From Octopus vulgaris (Eukaryota), in contig OX597817.1 in assembly GCA_951406725.2 (NCBI GenBank), positions 175,088,001 through 175,152,000 of the forward strand: a stretch of DNA of 64,000 nt, in the 5' to 3' direction. Shown one piece after another: positions 52,801-64,000 of the stretch. The notes beneath the pieces are model-generated. The model made no database searches. It worked only from the letters and a program-made list of their open reading frames with translations, and had not been told where the DNA came from. Both the position numbers and the translations under genes were made by a program. Numbering within the stretch: position 1 is the stretch's first letter; every line of letters begins with the position of its first letter.

Positions 52801-55800
52801 GATAGTGTGAGATCAGTAGAAACTGTAATTTCAGCTACCACTGTATCAAGTAAGGTTGAACAAGAGCAATCTAAAGAAACTGAGTCAACATCTATTAAAG
52901 AAAAATTAACATCTACAGAGACTACAGACACCACAGTTGATGAAGAAACAGTAAAACCTGCAGAGGTTAAAAAAGAGGAAAAACCAGCTGAGATCAAAGC
53001 AGAAGAAACTTTGGTTGCATTAGTTAAGGAAGAAGTAAAACCAACAGAAACTGCACCTTCACTGATTAAAGAAGAAACAAAACCAGTTGAGACTGCACCG
53101 CCAGTGGCTAAACAAGAGGCAGAAACTGAAGGAAAGGAGAGTGATAGCCATTTGGAAGAAGATTCACAAGATATTGCTAGCATACCTTCAAGTACTTATC
53201 TTAAGAAGAGACTAAGTCTGGTCGAGTTTATGGCAGAAAGTCCATTGGATGTCGTGGAAATAAGTAGAAGGGGAAGCTTCATTCCAACAAAAGGGCCAGT
53301 GGTTTCTGAGGTTACACAAATAAAGCAGATAGAGACAAAATCTGCAGAGCAAACAGCAATTGCAGAGCCTGCACCTACATTAATTAAGGTGGATAAAAGT
53401 GCTCCAGAAATGACACCAGAAGTTATTCAAGACAACAAGCAAACAACTCAAGAGGTTTCTGAAAAGGAACATGCAGAAGATCTAGAAAAGGAAACAGTGG
53501 ATGCTGTTGCAGATTTTCAAAAAGAATCTGTGGCGGCTCCCGAGGAGAAACCTGTGGGAGCTCTTGAAGAGAAACCTGTGGAAGCACCTGAGGTGAAACC
53601 AGAGGAGGCTCCTGAAGAGAAACCTGTGGAGGCTCCTGAGGTAAAACCTGTGGAGGCTCCTGAAGAGAAACCTGTGGAGGCTCTTGAAGAGAAACCTGAG
53701 GAAAAACCTGTGGAGGCTCCTGAGGCAAAACCTGTGGAGGCTCTTGAAGAGAAACCTGTGGAGGCTCCTGATGCAAAATCTGTGGAGGCTCTTGAAGAGA
53801 AACCTGAGGAAAAACCTGTGGAGGCTCCTGAGGCAAAACCTGTGGAGGCTCTTGAAGAGAAACCTGTGGAGGCTCCTGAGGTAAAACCTGTGGAGGCTCC
53901 TGAAGAGAAACCTGTGGAGGCTCTTGAAGAGAAACCTGTGGAGGCTCCTGAGGTAAAACCTGTGGAGGCTCTTGAAGAGAAACCTGAGGAAAAACCTGTG
54001 GAGGCTCCTGAGGCAAAACCTGTGGAGGCTCTTGAAGAGAAACCTGTGGAGGCTCCTGAGGTAAAACCTGTGGAGGCTCTTGAAGAGAAACCTGAGGAAA
54101 AACCTGTGGAGGTTCCTGAGGCAAAACCTATGGAGGCTCCTGAGGAGAAACCTGTGGAGGCTCCTGAGACAAAACCTGTGGAAGCTCCTGAAGAGAAAAT
54201 TGTGAAGGCTCCTGAGGTGAAACCTGTGGAGGCTCCTGAGGTAAAACCTGTGGAGGTTCCGGAGGAGAAACCTGTGGAGGCTCCTGAAGAGAAATCTGTG
54301 GAGGCTACTGAGGTGAAACCTGTGGAGACTCTTGAAGGGAAACCAACAGAAGCTCTTGAAGTGAAACCTGTGGAGGTTCCTGAAGAGAAATCTGCAGAAG
54401 CGCCTGAGGTGAAACCTGTGGATGCTCTCGAAGAGAAAATTGTGGAGGCTACTGAGGTAAAACCAGAGGAGGCTCCTGAGGTAAAACCTGTGGAGACTCC
54501 TGAGGTGAAACCTGTAGAGGTTCCTGAGGCAAAACCTGTGGAGGCTCCTGAAGAGAAACCTGTGGAGGCACCTGAAGAGAAACATAAAGAAGCTCCAGAG
54601 GAGAAACTTGTGGAGGCTCCTGAGGTGAAACCTGTGGAGGCTCCTGAAGAGAAACCTGTAGAGGCTAAACCTGTGGTGTCTATTGAGGAGAAACCTGTGG
54701 AGGCTCCTGAGGAGAAACTTGTAGAGGTTCCTGAAGAGAAACCTGTTGAGACTCCTGATGTGAAACCTATGGAGGTTCCTGAGGATAAACCTGAGGTGTC
54801 TGTTGAGGAGAAACTTGTGGAGGCTCCTGAGGTGAAACCTGTGGAGGCTCCTGAGGCAAAACCTGTGGAGGCTGTGGAAGAGAAATCTGTGGAGGCTCCT
54901 GAAGAGAAACCTGTGGAGGCTCTTGAAGAGAAACCTGTGGAGGCTCCTGAGGCGAAACCTGTGGAGGCTCTTGAAGAGAAACCTGTGGAGGCTCCTGAGG
55001 CAAAACCTGTGGAGGCTCTTGAAGAGAAACCTGTGGAGGCTCCTGAGGGGAAACCTGAGGAGGCTCTTGAAGAGAAACCTGTGGAGGCTCCTGAAGAGAA
55101 ACCTGTGGAGGCTCCTGAGGTGAAACCTGTGGAGGCTCCTGAGGCAAAACCTGTGGAGGCACCTGAGGCGAAACCTGTGGAGGCTCTTGAAGAGAAACCT
55201 GTGGAGGCTTTTGAGGCGAAACCTGTGGAGGCTTTTGAGGCGAAACCTGTGGAGGCTCCTGAGGCGAAACCTGTGGAGGCTCTTGAAGAGAAACCTGTGG
55301 AGGCTCCTGAAGAGAAACCTGTGGAGGCTCCTGAGGCGAAACCTGTAGAGGCTCCTGAGGAGAAACCTGTGGAGGCTCCTGAGGAAAAACCTGTGGAGGC
55401 TCTTGAAGAGAAACCTGTGGAGGTTCCTGAAGAGAAATCTGTGGAGGCTCCTGAAGAGAAATCTGTGGAGGCTCTTGAAGAGAAACCCGAGGAGAAACCT
55501 GTGGAGGCTCCTGAGGAGGCACTTGAAGAGAAACCTAGCGAGGCTCCTGAAGAGAGAACAGTGGAGGCTCCTGATGCGAAACCAGTGGAGGCTCCTGAGG
55601 AGAAACTTCTGGAGGCTACTGAAGTGAAACCCACTGAATCTCTTGAAGAGAAACCTGAGGAGAAACCTGCTGAGGCTCCTGAGGCGAAACCTGTGGAGGC
55701 TCCTGAGGCGAAACCTGTCGAGGCTCTTGAGGAGAAACCTGAGGAAAAACCTGTGGAGGTTCCTGAGGCAAAACCTATAGAGGCTCCTGAGGAGAAACCT

Positions 55801-58800
55801 GTGGAGGCTCCTGAAGCGAAACCTGTGGAGGCTCCTGAGGCAAAACCCGTGGAGGCTCTTGAAGAGAAACCTGTGGAGGCTCCTGAGGAGAAACCTGTGG
55901 AGGCTCTTGAAGAGAAACCTGAGGAAAAACCTGTGGAGGTTCCTGAGGCAAAACCTATAGAGGCTCCTGAGGAGAAACCTGTGGAGGCTCCTGAGGCGAA
56001 ACCTGTCGAGGCTCCTGAGGAGAAACCTGTGGAGGCTCTTGAAGAGAAACCTGAGGAAAAACCTGTGGAGGTTCCTGAGGCAAAACCTATAGAGGCTCCT
56101 GAGGAGAAACCTGTGGAGGCTCCTGAGGCGAAACCTGTCGAGGCTCCTGAGGAGAAACCTGTGGAGGCTCTTGAAGAGAAACCTGAGGAAAAACCTGTGG
56201 AGGTTCCTGAGGCAAAACCTATAGAGGCTCCTGAGGAGAAACCTGTGGAGGCTCCTGAGGTGAAACCTGTCGAGGCTCCTGAGGAGAAACCTGTGGAGGC
56301 TCTTGAAGAGAAACCTGAGGAAAAACCTGTGGAGTTTCCTGAGGCAAAACCTATAGAGGCTCCTGAGGAGAAACCTGTGGAGGCTCCTGAGGCGAAACCT
56401 GTGGAGGCTCCTGAGGCGAAACCTGTGGAGGCTCTTGAAGAGAAACCTGAGGAGAAACCTGTGGAGGCTCCTGAGGCAAAACCTGTGGAGGCTCTTGAAG
56501 AGAAACCTGTGGAGGCTCCTGAGGAGAAACCTGTGGAGGCTCTTGAAGAGAAACCTGAGGAAAAACCTGTGGAGGTTCCTGAGGCAAAACCTATAGAGGC
56601 TCCTGAGGCGAAACCTGTGGAGGCTCTTGAAGAGAAACCTGAGGAGAAACCTGTGGAGGCTCCTGAGGCAAAACCTGTGGAGGCTCTTGAAGAGAAACCT
56701 GTCGAGGCTCCTGAGGAGAAACCTGTGGAGGCTCTTGAAGAGAAACCTGAGGAAAAACCTGTGGAGGTTCCTGAGGCAAAACCTATAGAGGCTCCTGAGG
56801 AGAAACCTGTGGAGGCTCCTGAAGAGAAACCTGTGGAGGCTCCTGAGGCGAAACCTGTGGAGGCTCCTGAGGCAAAACCTGTGGAGGCTCTTGAAGAGAA
56901 ACCCGAGGAAAAACCTGTGGAGGTTCCTGAGGCAAAACCTATAGAGGCTCCTGAAGGAGAAACCTGTGGAGGTTCCTGAGGCGAAACCTGTGGAGGCTCC
57001 TGAGGCGAAACCTGTGGAAGGCTCCTGAGGCAAAACCTGTGGAGGCTCTTGAAGAGAAACCCGAGGAGAAACCTGTGGAGGCTCATGAGGCAAAACCTGT
57101 GGAGGCTCTTGAGGAGAAACCTGTGGAGGCTCCTGGAGAAACCTGTGGAGGCTCCTGAGGCAAAACCTATGGAGGCTCTTGAAGAGAAACCTGAGGAGAA
57201 ACCTGTGGAGGCTCCTGAGGTGAAACCTGTGGAGGCTCTTGAAGAGAAACCTGTGGAGAAACCTGTGGAGGCTCTTGAAGGCAAAACCTGTGGAGGCTCC
57301 TGAAGAGAAATCTGTGGAGGCTCTTGAAGAGAAACCTGTGGAGGCTCCTGAGGCGAAACCTGTGGAGGCTCCTGAAGAGAAACCTGTTGGAGGCTCTTGA
57401 AGAGAAACCTGTGGAGGCACCTGAGGTGAAACCTGTGGAGGCTCCCGAAGAGAAACCTGTGGAGGCTCCTGAGGCAAAACCTGTGGAGGCTCCTGAGGTG
57501 AAACCTGTGGAGGCTCCCGAAGAGAAACTTGTGGAGGCTCCTGAGGCAAAACCTGTGGAGGCTCCTGAGGTGAAACCTGTGGAGGCTCCTGAAGAGAAAC
57601 CTGAGGAGAAACCTGTGGAGGCTCTTGAAGAGAAACCCGAGGAGAAACCTGTGGAGGCTCCTGAGGCGAAACCTGTGGAGGCTCCTGAAGTAAAACCTGT
57701 GGAGGCTCTTGAAGAGAAAAACCTGTGGAGGCTCCTGAAGAGAAACCTGTGGAGGCTCTTGAAGAGAAACCTGTGGAGGCTCCTGAGGCGAAACCTGTGG
57801 AGGCTCCTGAAGAGAAACCTGCTGAGGCACCTGAGGTGAAACCTGTGGAGGCTCTTGAAGAGAAACCTGTGGAGGCTCCTGAGGCAAAACCTGTGGAGGT
57901 TCCTGAGGTGAAAACTGTGGAGGCTCCTGAGGCAAAACCTGTGGAGGCTCTTGAAGAGAAACCTGAGGAGAAACCTGTGGAGGCTCTTGAAGAGAAACCC
58001 GAGGAAAAACCTGTGGAGGCTCTTGAAGAGAAACCTGAGGAGAAACCTGTGGAGGCTCCTGAGGCAAAACCTGTGGAGGCTCTTGAAGAGAAACCTGTGG
58101 AGAAACCTGTGGAGGCTCCTGAGGCAAAACCTATGGAGGCTCTTGAAGAGAAACCTGAGGAGAAACCTGTGGAGGCTCCTGAGGTGAAACCTGTGGAGGC
58201 TCCTGAGGCGAAACCTGTGGAGGCTCCTGAAGTAAAACCTGTGGAGGCTCTGAAGTAAAACCTGTGGAGGCTCTTGAAGAGAAACCTGAGGAGAAACCTG
58301 TGGAGGCTCCTGAGGCGAAACCTGTGGAGGCTCCTGAGGTGAAACCTGTGGAGGCTCCTGAAGTAAAACCTGTGGAGGCTCTTGAAGAGAAATCTGTGGA
58401 GGCTCCTGAGGTGAAACCTGTTGAAGCTCTTGAAGAGAAACCTGTGGAGGCTACTGAGGTAAAACCTGTGGAGGCTCTTGAAGAGAAACCTGAGGAGAAA
58501 CCTGTGGAGGCTCTTGAAGAGAAACCCGAGGAAAAACCTGTGGAGGCTCCTGAAGTAAAACCTGTGGAGGCTCTTGAAGAGAAACCTGAGGAGAAACCTG
58601 TGGAGGCTCCTGTGGCGAAGCCTGTGGAGGCTCCTGAGGTGAAACCTGTGGAGGCTCCTGAAGTAAAACCTGTGGAGGCTCTTGAAGAGAAACCTGAGGA
58701 GAAACCTGTGGAGGCTCCTGAGGCGAAACCTGTGGAGGCTCCTGAGGTGAAACCTGTGGAGGCTCCTGAAGTAAAACCTGTGGAGGCTCTTGAAGAGAAA

Positions 58801-60747
58801 TCTGTGGAGGCTCCTGAGGCGAAACCTGTTGAAGCTCTTGAAGAGAAACCTGTGGAGGCTACTGAGGTAAAACCTGTGGAGGCTCCTGAAAAGAAACCTG
58901 TGGAGGCTCCTGAGGAGAAACCTGTGGAGGCTCCTGAAGTAAAACCTGTGGAGGCTCCTGAGGAGAAACCTGAGGAGAAACCTGTGGAGGCTCCTGAGGT
59001 GAAACCTGTGGAGGCTGCAGAGGCAAAACCTGTAGAGGTTCCTGAAGAGAAATGTGTTGAGGCTCCGGAGGAGAAACCTGTGCTATCTGCTGAGGAGACA
59101 CTTGTGGAAGCTCGTGGAGAGAAACCTGTGGAGGTTCCTGAAGAGAAACCTATAGAAGCACCTGAGGAAAAACCTGTGGAGTCTACTGAGAAAGTACCTG
59201 TGGAGGCTCCTGCAGAAAAACCTGTGGAAGCTGTTGAAAAGATATCTGTGGAGTCTACAGAGGAGAAATCTGTGGAGGCTCCTGAGGTTGCATTATCGGG
59301 TGTTACTCTTACGGATGGTAGGAAGTTAGTTGAAAAGGAAGAAAGTACAGGGACTGAAATCTGTGGTGAAGCACAAGGCAAAGATTCTGACCAGATGGGT
59401 CTTTTAACAGCAATTCTTGATGAAGAAAATCAGAATGTACCATCAGGAGATAGCATTAGTGACTCTGTTGTATCAACTGTATGTGAAATTGGTGTTGCAA
59501 AGAAAGTTGAACCAGAGATGCCAAAGGAAAGCCAAGCAACTGAAGTGTCTGATATATCAGAAGTAGATTCATTGAAGTTAAATGGTGATCACTCAGAAGT
59601 GAAACTGTCTGACAGTGGTCTCGATCATTCTGGTGTTTCCACTGAATTTCAAAATGAAGTGGCAAAATCAAATCTTACTGCTGTTGAATCTAATAAAGAC
59701 ATTGCTGACCAAATTGGCGATATATCACTTGGAACTGCTGTTAGTGCTAAAGATGAGGTAGAATCTGTGATAAAACCTATTTCTGTTGAAGAAACTCCTC
59801 AGATTGAATTGAAAAGTAATAAGGTGTCCAAAGCTGATTCTGAGAGCCAACCAATTGATACAGTCAATGAAAAGCAAGCATATTCAGATATTGAACACTT
59901 GCAAAAACTAAATGGTGATTTGTTACCAAAAGATCTTGAAGAGATTGTCAAAGTAACTAAGACTGAAGATGGCAATACTGTCAACAAAGTTGAGCTGCTG
60001 GTTCAAAAGAAAGCTAAGATTTTGACCTCTGAGCAAATTATCAAAGATAACCAGAAAATGACTAAAACCAAAGACACAAAACTGAAAAAGTCTAAAAAGA
60101 AAGAGTCTAAGAGTAAAAGTCGTGGAGAAATAACTCCTGGAAAAGAAGGAGTCCGATCTAAATCCTCAAAAAGCAGTCCGGAGAAAGGTGTAAAAAAAGA
60201 GAAAAAGGCGTCATCACTTGTCAGTACTCCAAAACAGAAATCAACCTCTTCCTCTAAGCAAAGTTCAAGTTCAATGAAGAAATCAAAAGGAAGTAGTAGC
60301 CCTACAAAATCCAAGTCTAGTTCTTCGAAAAGCAAGGGCACAAGTAGTACTGAAAAAGTAAAACCAGTACTTAGGTCTGTCTCTTCACCCCCCAAAGCAA
60401 GCAGTAGCCCTATAAAAACAGATAGTATTGATTCTTCAAAAGTATCTGATTCATCCCTGAAGAAAGAAAACAATACTTTGCCTGCTGAGAAACCACGAGG
60501 AAGATCAACAAGTAGGAGCGTCATACTGAAGAGAACTACCAAAACTGAAAAATTAAGACTGGCAATGATAAAAAACACTTTGGAAGCTAGTCAGAACCAA
60601 GTTGGTCCAGCATATTCACATTCTCCAAGTGCCCGCCGAATACGCAGCTGCAGTCCCCAAAAAACCTCTCGAGTGACATCACCTGATAAAAGGACAGGAT
60701 CACCTTTGAAGACAAAGTCAACCACTGCCCGTTCAAGAAAAGGTTGA
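46844..60747 (+). CDS. Giant (~13.9 kb) exon encoding an acidic, low-complexity repeat protein with a basic Ser/Lys-rich tail (MAP/neurofilament-like spacer architecture); broken by 7 small indels at ~56955-58250
   Basis: Open frame of >10 kb in AT-rich DNA, with no TEs or microsatellites inside. Acceptor CATCCTCTTTCAG|AT at 46843. The 3421-aa and 827-aa ORFs share a frame, and the repeat is continuous across the indels. It ends at TGA 60747 or at a possible donor AAG|GTTGAA (60742/60743). Confidence 0.9.
53530..59286 (+). repeat. Coding minisatellite: ~240 x 24-bp unit (GAGAAACCTGTGGAGGCTCCTGAG; EKPVEAPE) with 12-bp EKPE half-units
   Basis: Seen directly; ~5.76 kb. Confidence 0.97.
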
Positions 60748-62179
60748 ACTATCTGTATCAGCTTAATAGTCTTCCCTTGCAGCAAGCAATTGTGTATGCC
60801 TGGGTGTGTTAGCATTTTGTCTCCGTTCCGCTATTATTTTGCAGCTTGCATTGGACAAACCATATGTATAACCAGTTGTTTCATAGCAGATGTAGCAATA
60901 TACAGTGATATTGGTATTGATATACAGTGATATTACATTAAACCATAGAATTTGTATTGATTAAATGACTTTTTCATGGATGAACTTAGTTGCCACAGTG
61001 ATACCACTATTTGCTTTTAAGAATTTTTAATAATTATTGCTTAAAATATTGATTCTGGTTATTTAATTGCTTCTAGGATAAATGCTATTTAAGTGGTATC
61101 ACTGTTTTATTTATGGGTGTATAAAAAAATGTGCGTATATAATTGCATACTTATGTATATGTATGCATGTAACTTAGTGTTTTTTTTTCATGTACATGCA
61201 TATATCAATATATGTACATTTTCAAATATGTATATATATGTGTGTATATTTTTGTGTGTGCAAGTGTGTGCAAGTAATGTGTGCCTGCATTTCTACAAGA
61301 GTTATTACCAACTTTTAAGTATGTTTCATTGGTGTGTGTAGAGTTGTGAACTCTATACACACATATCAGAATGTATGAAAACGAATCTTCAAAATTATTT
61401 AAATATAAACACATATACATATAAATACATTTTGTACATACGCTCATTGTTAATTCATATAATATATATATAAACATATATATATTAGCTTTCTTAGCTT
61501 GCATGAAATTTTGTTTAAATTGTAAATTTACTAACTGCTTTCTAAGACTTTACATATGGTCAAATTTGTTGGTTGATTTTTTTTTTCTTTTATTGTATCA
61601 AAATGTTGTTGGTTCATTGTCACTGTATGTTGCTACTAATGTTCTGCTTGTTTTTTTTTTTAACCCGTTTAACCTTTCACCTTTCTGCATGATTATTATT
61701 ATTCAAAGCCACAATTTGGGCATGTTGCAGTTGCAGATTTAGAACTTATTTGACAAGATATTGTAATCCCAACATTATTATCTCCACCTCAGTTGCTGGC
61801 AGCTCAACATATAAAATTCACAAGCCAAAAAACCCACTTAATTTGTATTTTGATCTTAATTGCAGTCATTGTTAATTATTCATTTCTCACATTATTCTGT
61901 ACGTGCATGTGTATTTTCATGCATACATATACACATGCACATCTTTGCATAAACTTTTTTTTTTTGTGTTTATATATACTCATACTAAGACATTATTTGT
62001 GTATATAATTGTTTATTAAGCAAGCAAATGTGAATTGCCACGGTGTACATTTTGAATGCAATTTCAAATAATTTTGTTCACTTAAACAAGTTGTGTGAGA
62101 CGTTGAACATCCTTGAAAGTCAAGAACTGCTGTCAACTGTAACCACTTTTCCAGAATGTAACTCTTCAAAATTGTTTAA

Positions 62180-62404
62180 CCCTTTTGTTACCATATTACT
62201 GTCAAAATATACTGTCTTTGCTGAAGTTAATTTTGAAAATAATACAATAACAGAATTTTGTAAAATTACTTTGTCATTATTATGCTGATGTTTGCAACAT
62301 AAACTGACATGAAAATTTAATGGAAAGTTTTTAATTTATCACATCAAAAGCATTAAGTTTTTATCAGGCAAAGTGCGGTCCCTGGCAGGTTGGTAACAAA
62401 AGGG
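62180..62404. mobile_element. piggyBac-like MITE (pB-B)
   Basis: TTAA|CCCTTTTGTTACCA ... TGGTAACAAAAGGG|TTAC, a perfect 14-bp TIR. Confidence 0.8.
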
Positions 62405-62935
62405 TTACCAAGAGAAAAGTTTATATCTAATTTTCATTTTCTATCTTGTATATTGAAGTAGATGCATATTCATTCACATATAGACTCATTGGAATAAAAA
62501 AAATTAATTGTCTTGATTTAAGAAAAAAGCATCCCCCCCCCCAAAAAAAAAACCCAACAAAACCTCCAAAAGTGGGGTGAATGAGATCATTAGCTAGATA
62601 TCTTAGTTGATTATTATTTTGTAGTAAGTTACTGATACCAATTGATTGGTATTGTACATGGAGCATTTTGGAGAAATCATAGATAGAAGCCTAAACATGC
62701 TATCTAATAAAATATTGTGGATGGCCTTTGATTGGGTATAGTACTTTTTCTTTTTTAATTGCTTGCTCTGCATTCTAGGTCACCATTCATTAGCATGTAA
62801 TTTTGTTCCTCTTCAGTAGTGACTGATGTAATTCCATGCAGTTAGCAGACGATCTCTTGCTGACATCAAAGCAATGCTTTTTTGTTTTATATTTTTTTTT
62901 ATCACAAAATCAAAAGTTTCATGTTGATCTTCATT

Positions 62936-63073
62936 ACGATTATTATGATGATCATCATCATTATGATCTTTATGATCAGCATGATTATTGACTATTATCA
63001 GCATCACCATCACATCGTCGTCATCATCATCATGACCATTACCATCATTGTCAACATTGCTGTCATCATCATC

Positions 63074-63105
<32 letters not shown>

Positions 63106-63125
63106 CATCGTCATCTTATCATCAA
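62936..63125. repeat. Degenerate (ATC)n trinucleotide repeat
   Basis: Seen directly. Confidence 0.9.
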
Positions 63126-63710
63126 TGCCACAAATCCACCTAAATTTCAATGCACAAAGTTATATTTTTCTATATTTTTGTCCTGTTATTCTTAGTAGTT
63201 ATTCACCTTAGTTTATCAAAAATTTCTCTCGGAAAAGTAAAAAATAGCATTTGCTTTCCCCAGCAAACTAAGTAGTGTTTGCTTATTTTATATGTATTTC
63301 TAAAAGAGAAGTGTCCATGTACATGTGTGTGTGTACGTATGCATACAATCACATATGTATGTGTCCTCAATCAAGTTGTACTGTATATCATGCTGCATGA
63401 AGGCTTTTGTAGACTCATGCATTGAAAGGCAGTCATTTGTAACCTCTAGTAATTTCTCTTTTTTTTTTAACTGTTTCAGAGTTTCTGTTGATCTAAGTGT
63501 CATTAGTTTATGCCCTTGAGTAAACCATTTTTGCACCTTGTGATCTTGCTAAGTGGCATGGGAATATTTTTTGAATTATAGAAAAGAGCACACAGTATGA
63601 TATAGAATTCCATTTTATATAATATTAAGTGCTACAGGGGATATGAAAATTCCTGAAAAAAGTGGATAGAGATTCTAACTGTTTGTTTTAGACAACTTGT
63701 AAGATCCTCC

Positions 63711-63714
<4 letters not shown>

Positions 63715-63782
<68 letters not shown>

Positions 63783-63801
63783 ATATATATATGTATGTAT
63801 G

Positions 63802-63861
<60 letters not shown>

Positions 63862-63936
63862 GTATATATATGTATATATATATGTATATATATGTATATA
63901 TATATGTATATATATGTATATATATATATATGTATG

Positions 63937-63996
<60 letters not shown>

Positions 63997-64000
63997 CATA
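63715..64000. repeat. (CT)n(TA)n/(TATG)n microsatellite
   Basis: Seen directly. Confidence 0.95.

Noticed and set aside
53684-58187. Plus-strand 'KRNLWRLL' ORFs
   Set aside because: Alternative frames of the same repeat; partly products of the indels.
53530-59286. CRISPR-like regular repeat array
   Set aside because: No unique spacers, in-frame coding tandem repeat, eukaryotic context and no cas genes.
53423-59381. Very long minus-strand ORFs (1536, 1355, 416 aa; STGFSSGA, LHRFL and QEPPQV repeats)
   Set aside because: Shadow frames: the 24-bp unit lacks stops on the reverse strand, and these ORFs end at the array edges or at indels.
46844-60747. Assigning a gene symbol (titin, futsch, MAPT, NEFH, ankyrin)
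   Set aside because: No diagnostic domain is visible in the window; the similarity is compositional and architectural only.
62882-63211. Poly-Ile/His ORF
   Set aside because: Translation of a degenerate (ATC)n repeat.
63480-63520. Strong-looking acceptor (T-tract...TTTCAG) as the next exon
   Set aside because: Phase-1 reading stops after five codons; no support without transcript data.

Overview
AT-rich eukaryotic (animal) genomic DNA, dense in (TA)n/(CA)n/(ATC)n microsatellites, tRNA-derived SINEs, MITEs and decayed LINE/mariner remnants. The repeat landscape suggests an octopus/coleoid cephalopod (inference, not database-confirmed). Almost all short ORFs in the track are microsatellite or TE artefacts. 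One real gene is visible on the + strand. A short start exon (ATG at 27368, MAETAADKIQSLDIE, phase-1 GTAAGT donor) fits in phase, across a 19.4-kb intron, with a single giant exon of about 13.9 kb (46844-~60742/60747). Together they encode a roughly 4,650-aa acidic, low-complexity protein. It has a thrice-repeated module bearing PKA-type sites, about 240 copies of an 8-aa PEVK-like repeat (EKPVEAPE) and a basic Ser/Lys-rich tail with many S/T-P-x-K sites. This layout resembles giant neuronal cytoskeletal spacer proteins (MAP2/big-tau/MAP4, MAP1/Futsch, NF-H); family membership is not proven here. Seven clustered indels in the repeat array are probably assembly errors. Other notable signals are Penelope-type minimal hammerhead ribozyme motifs, a perfect 62-bp inverted repeat, a head-to-tail SINE/LINE stack and several nested insertions.
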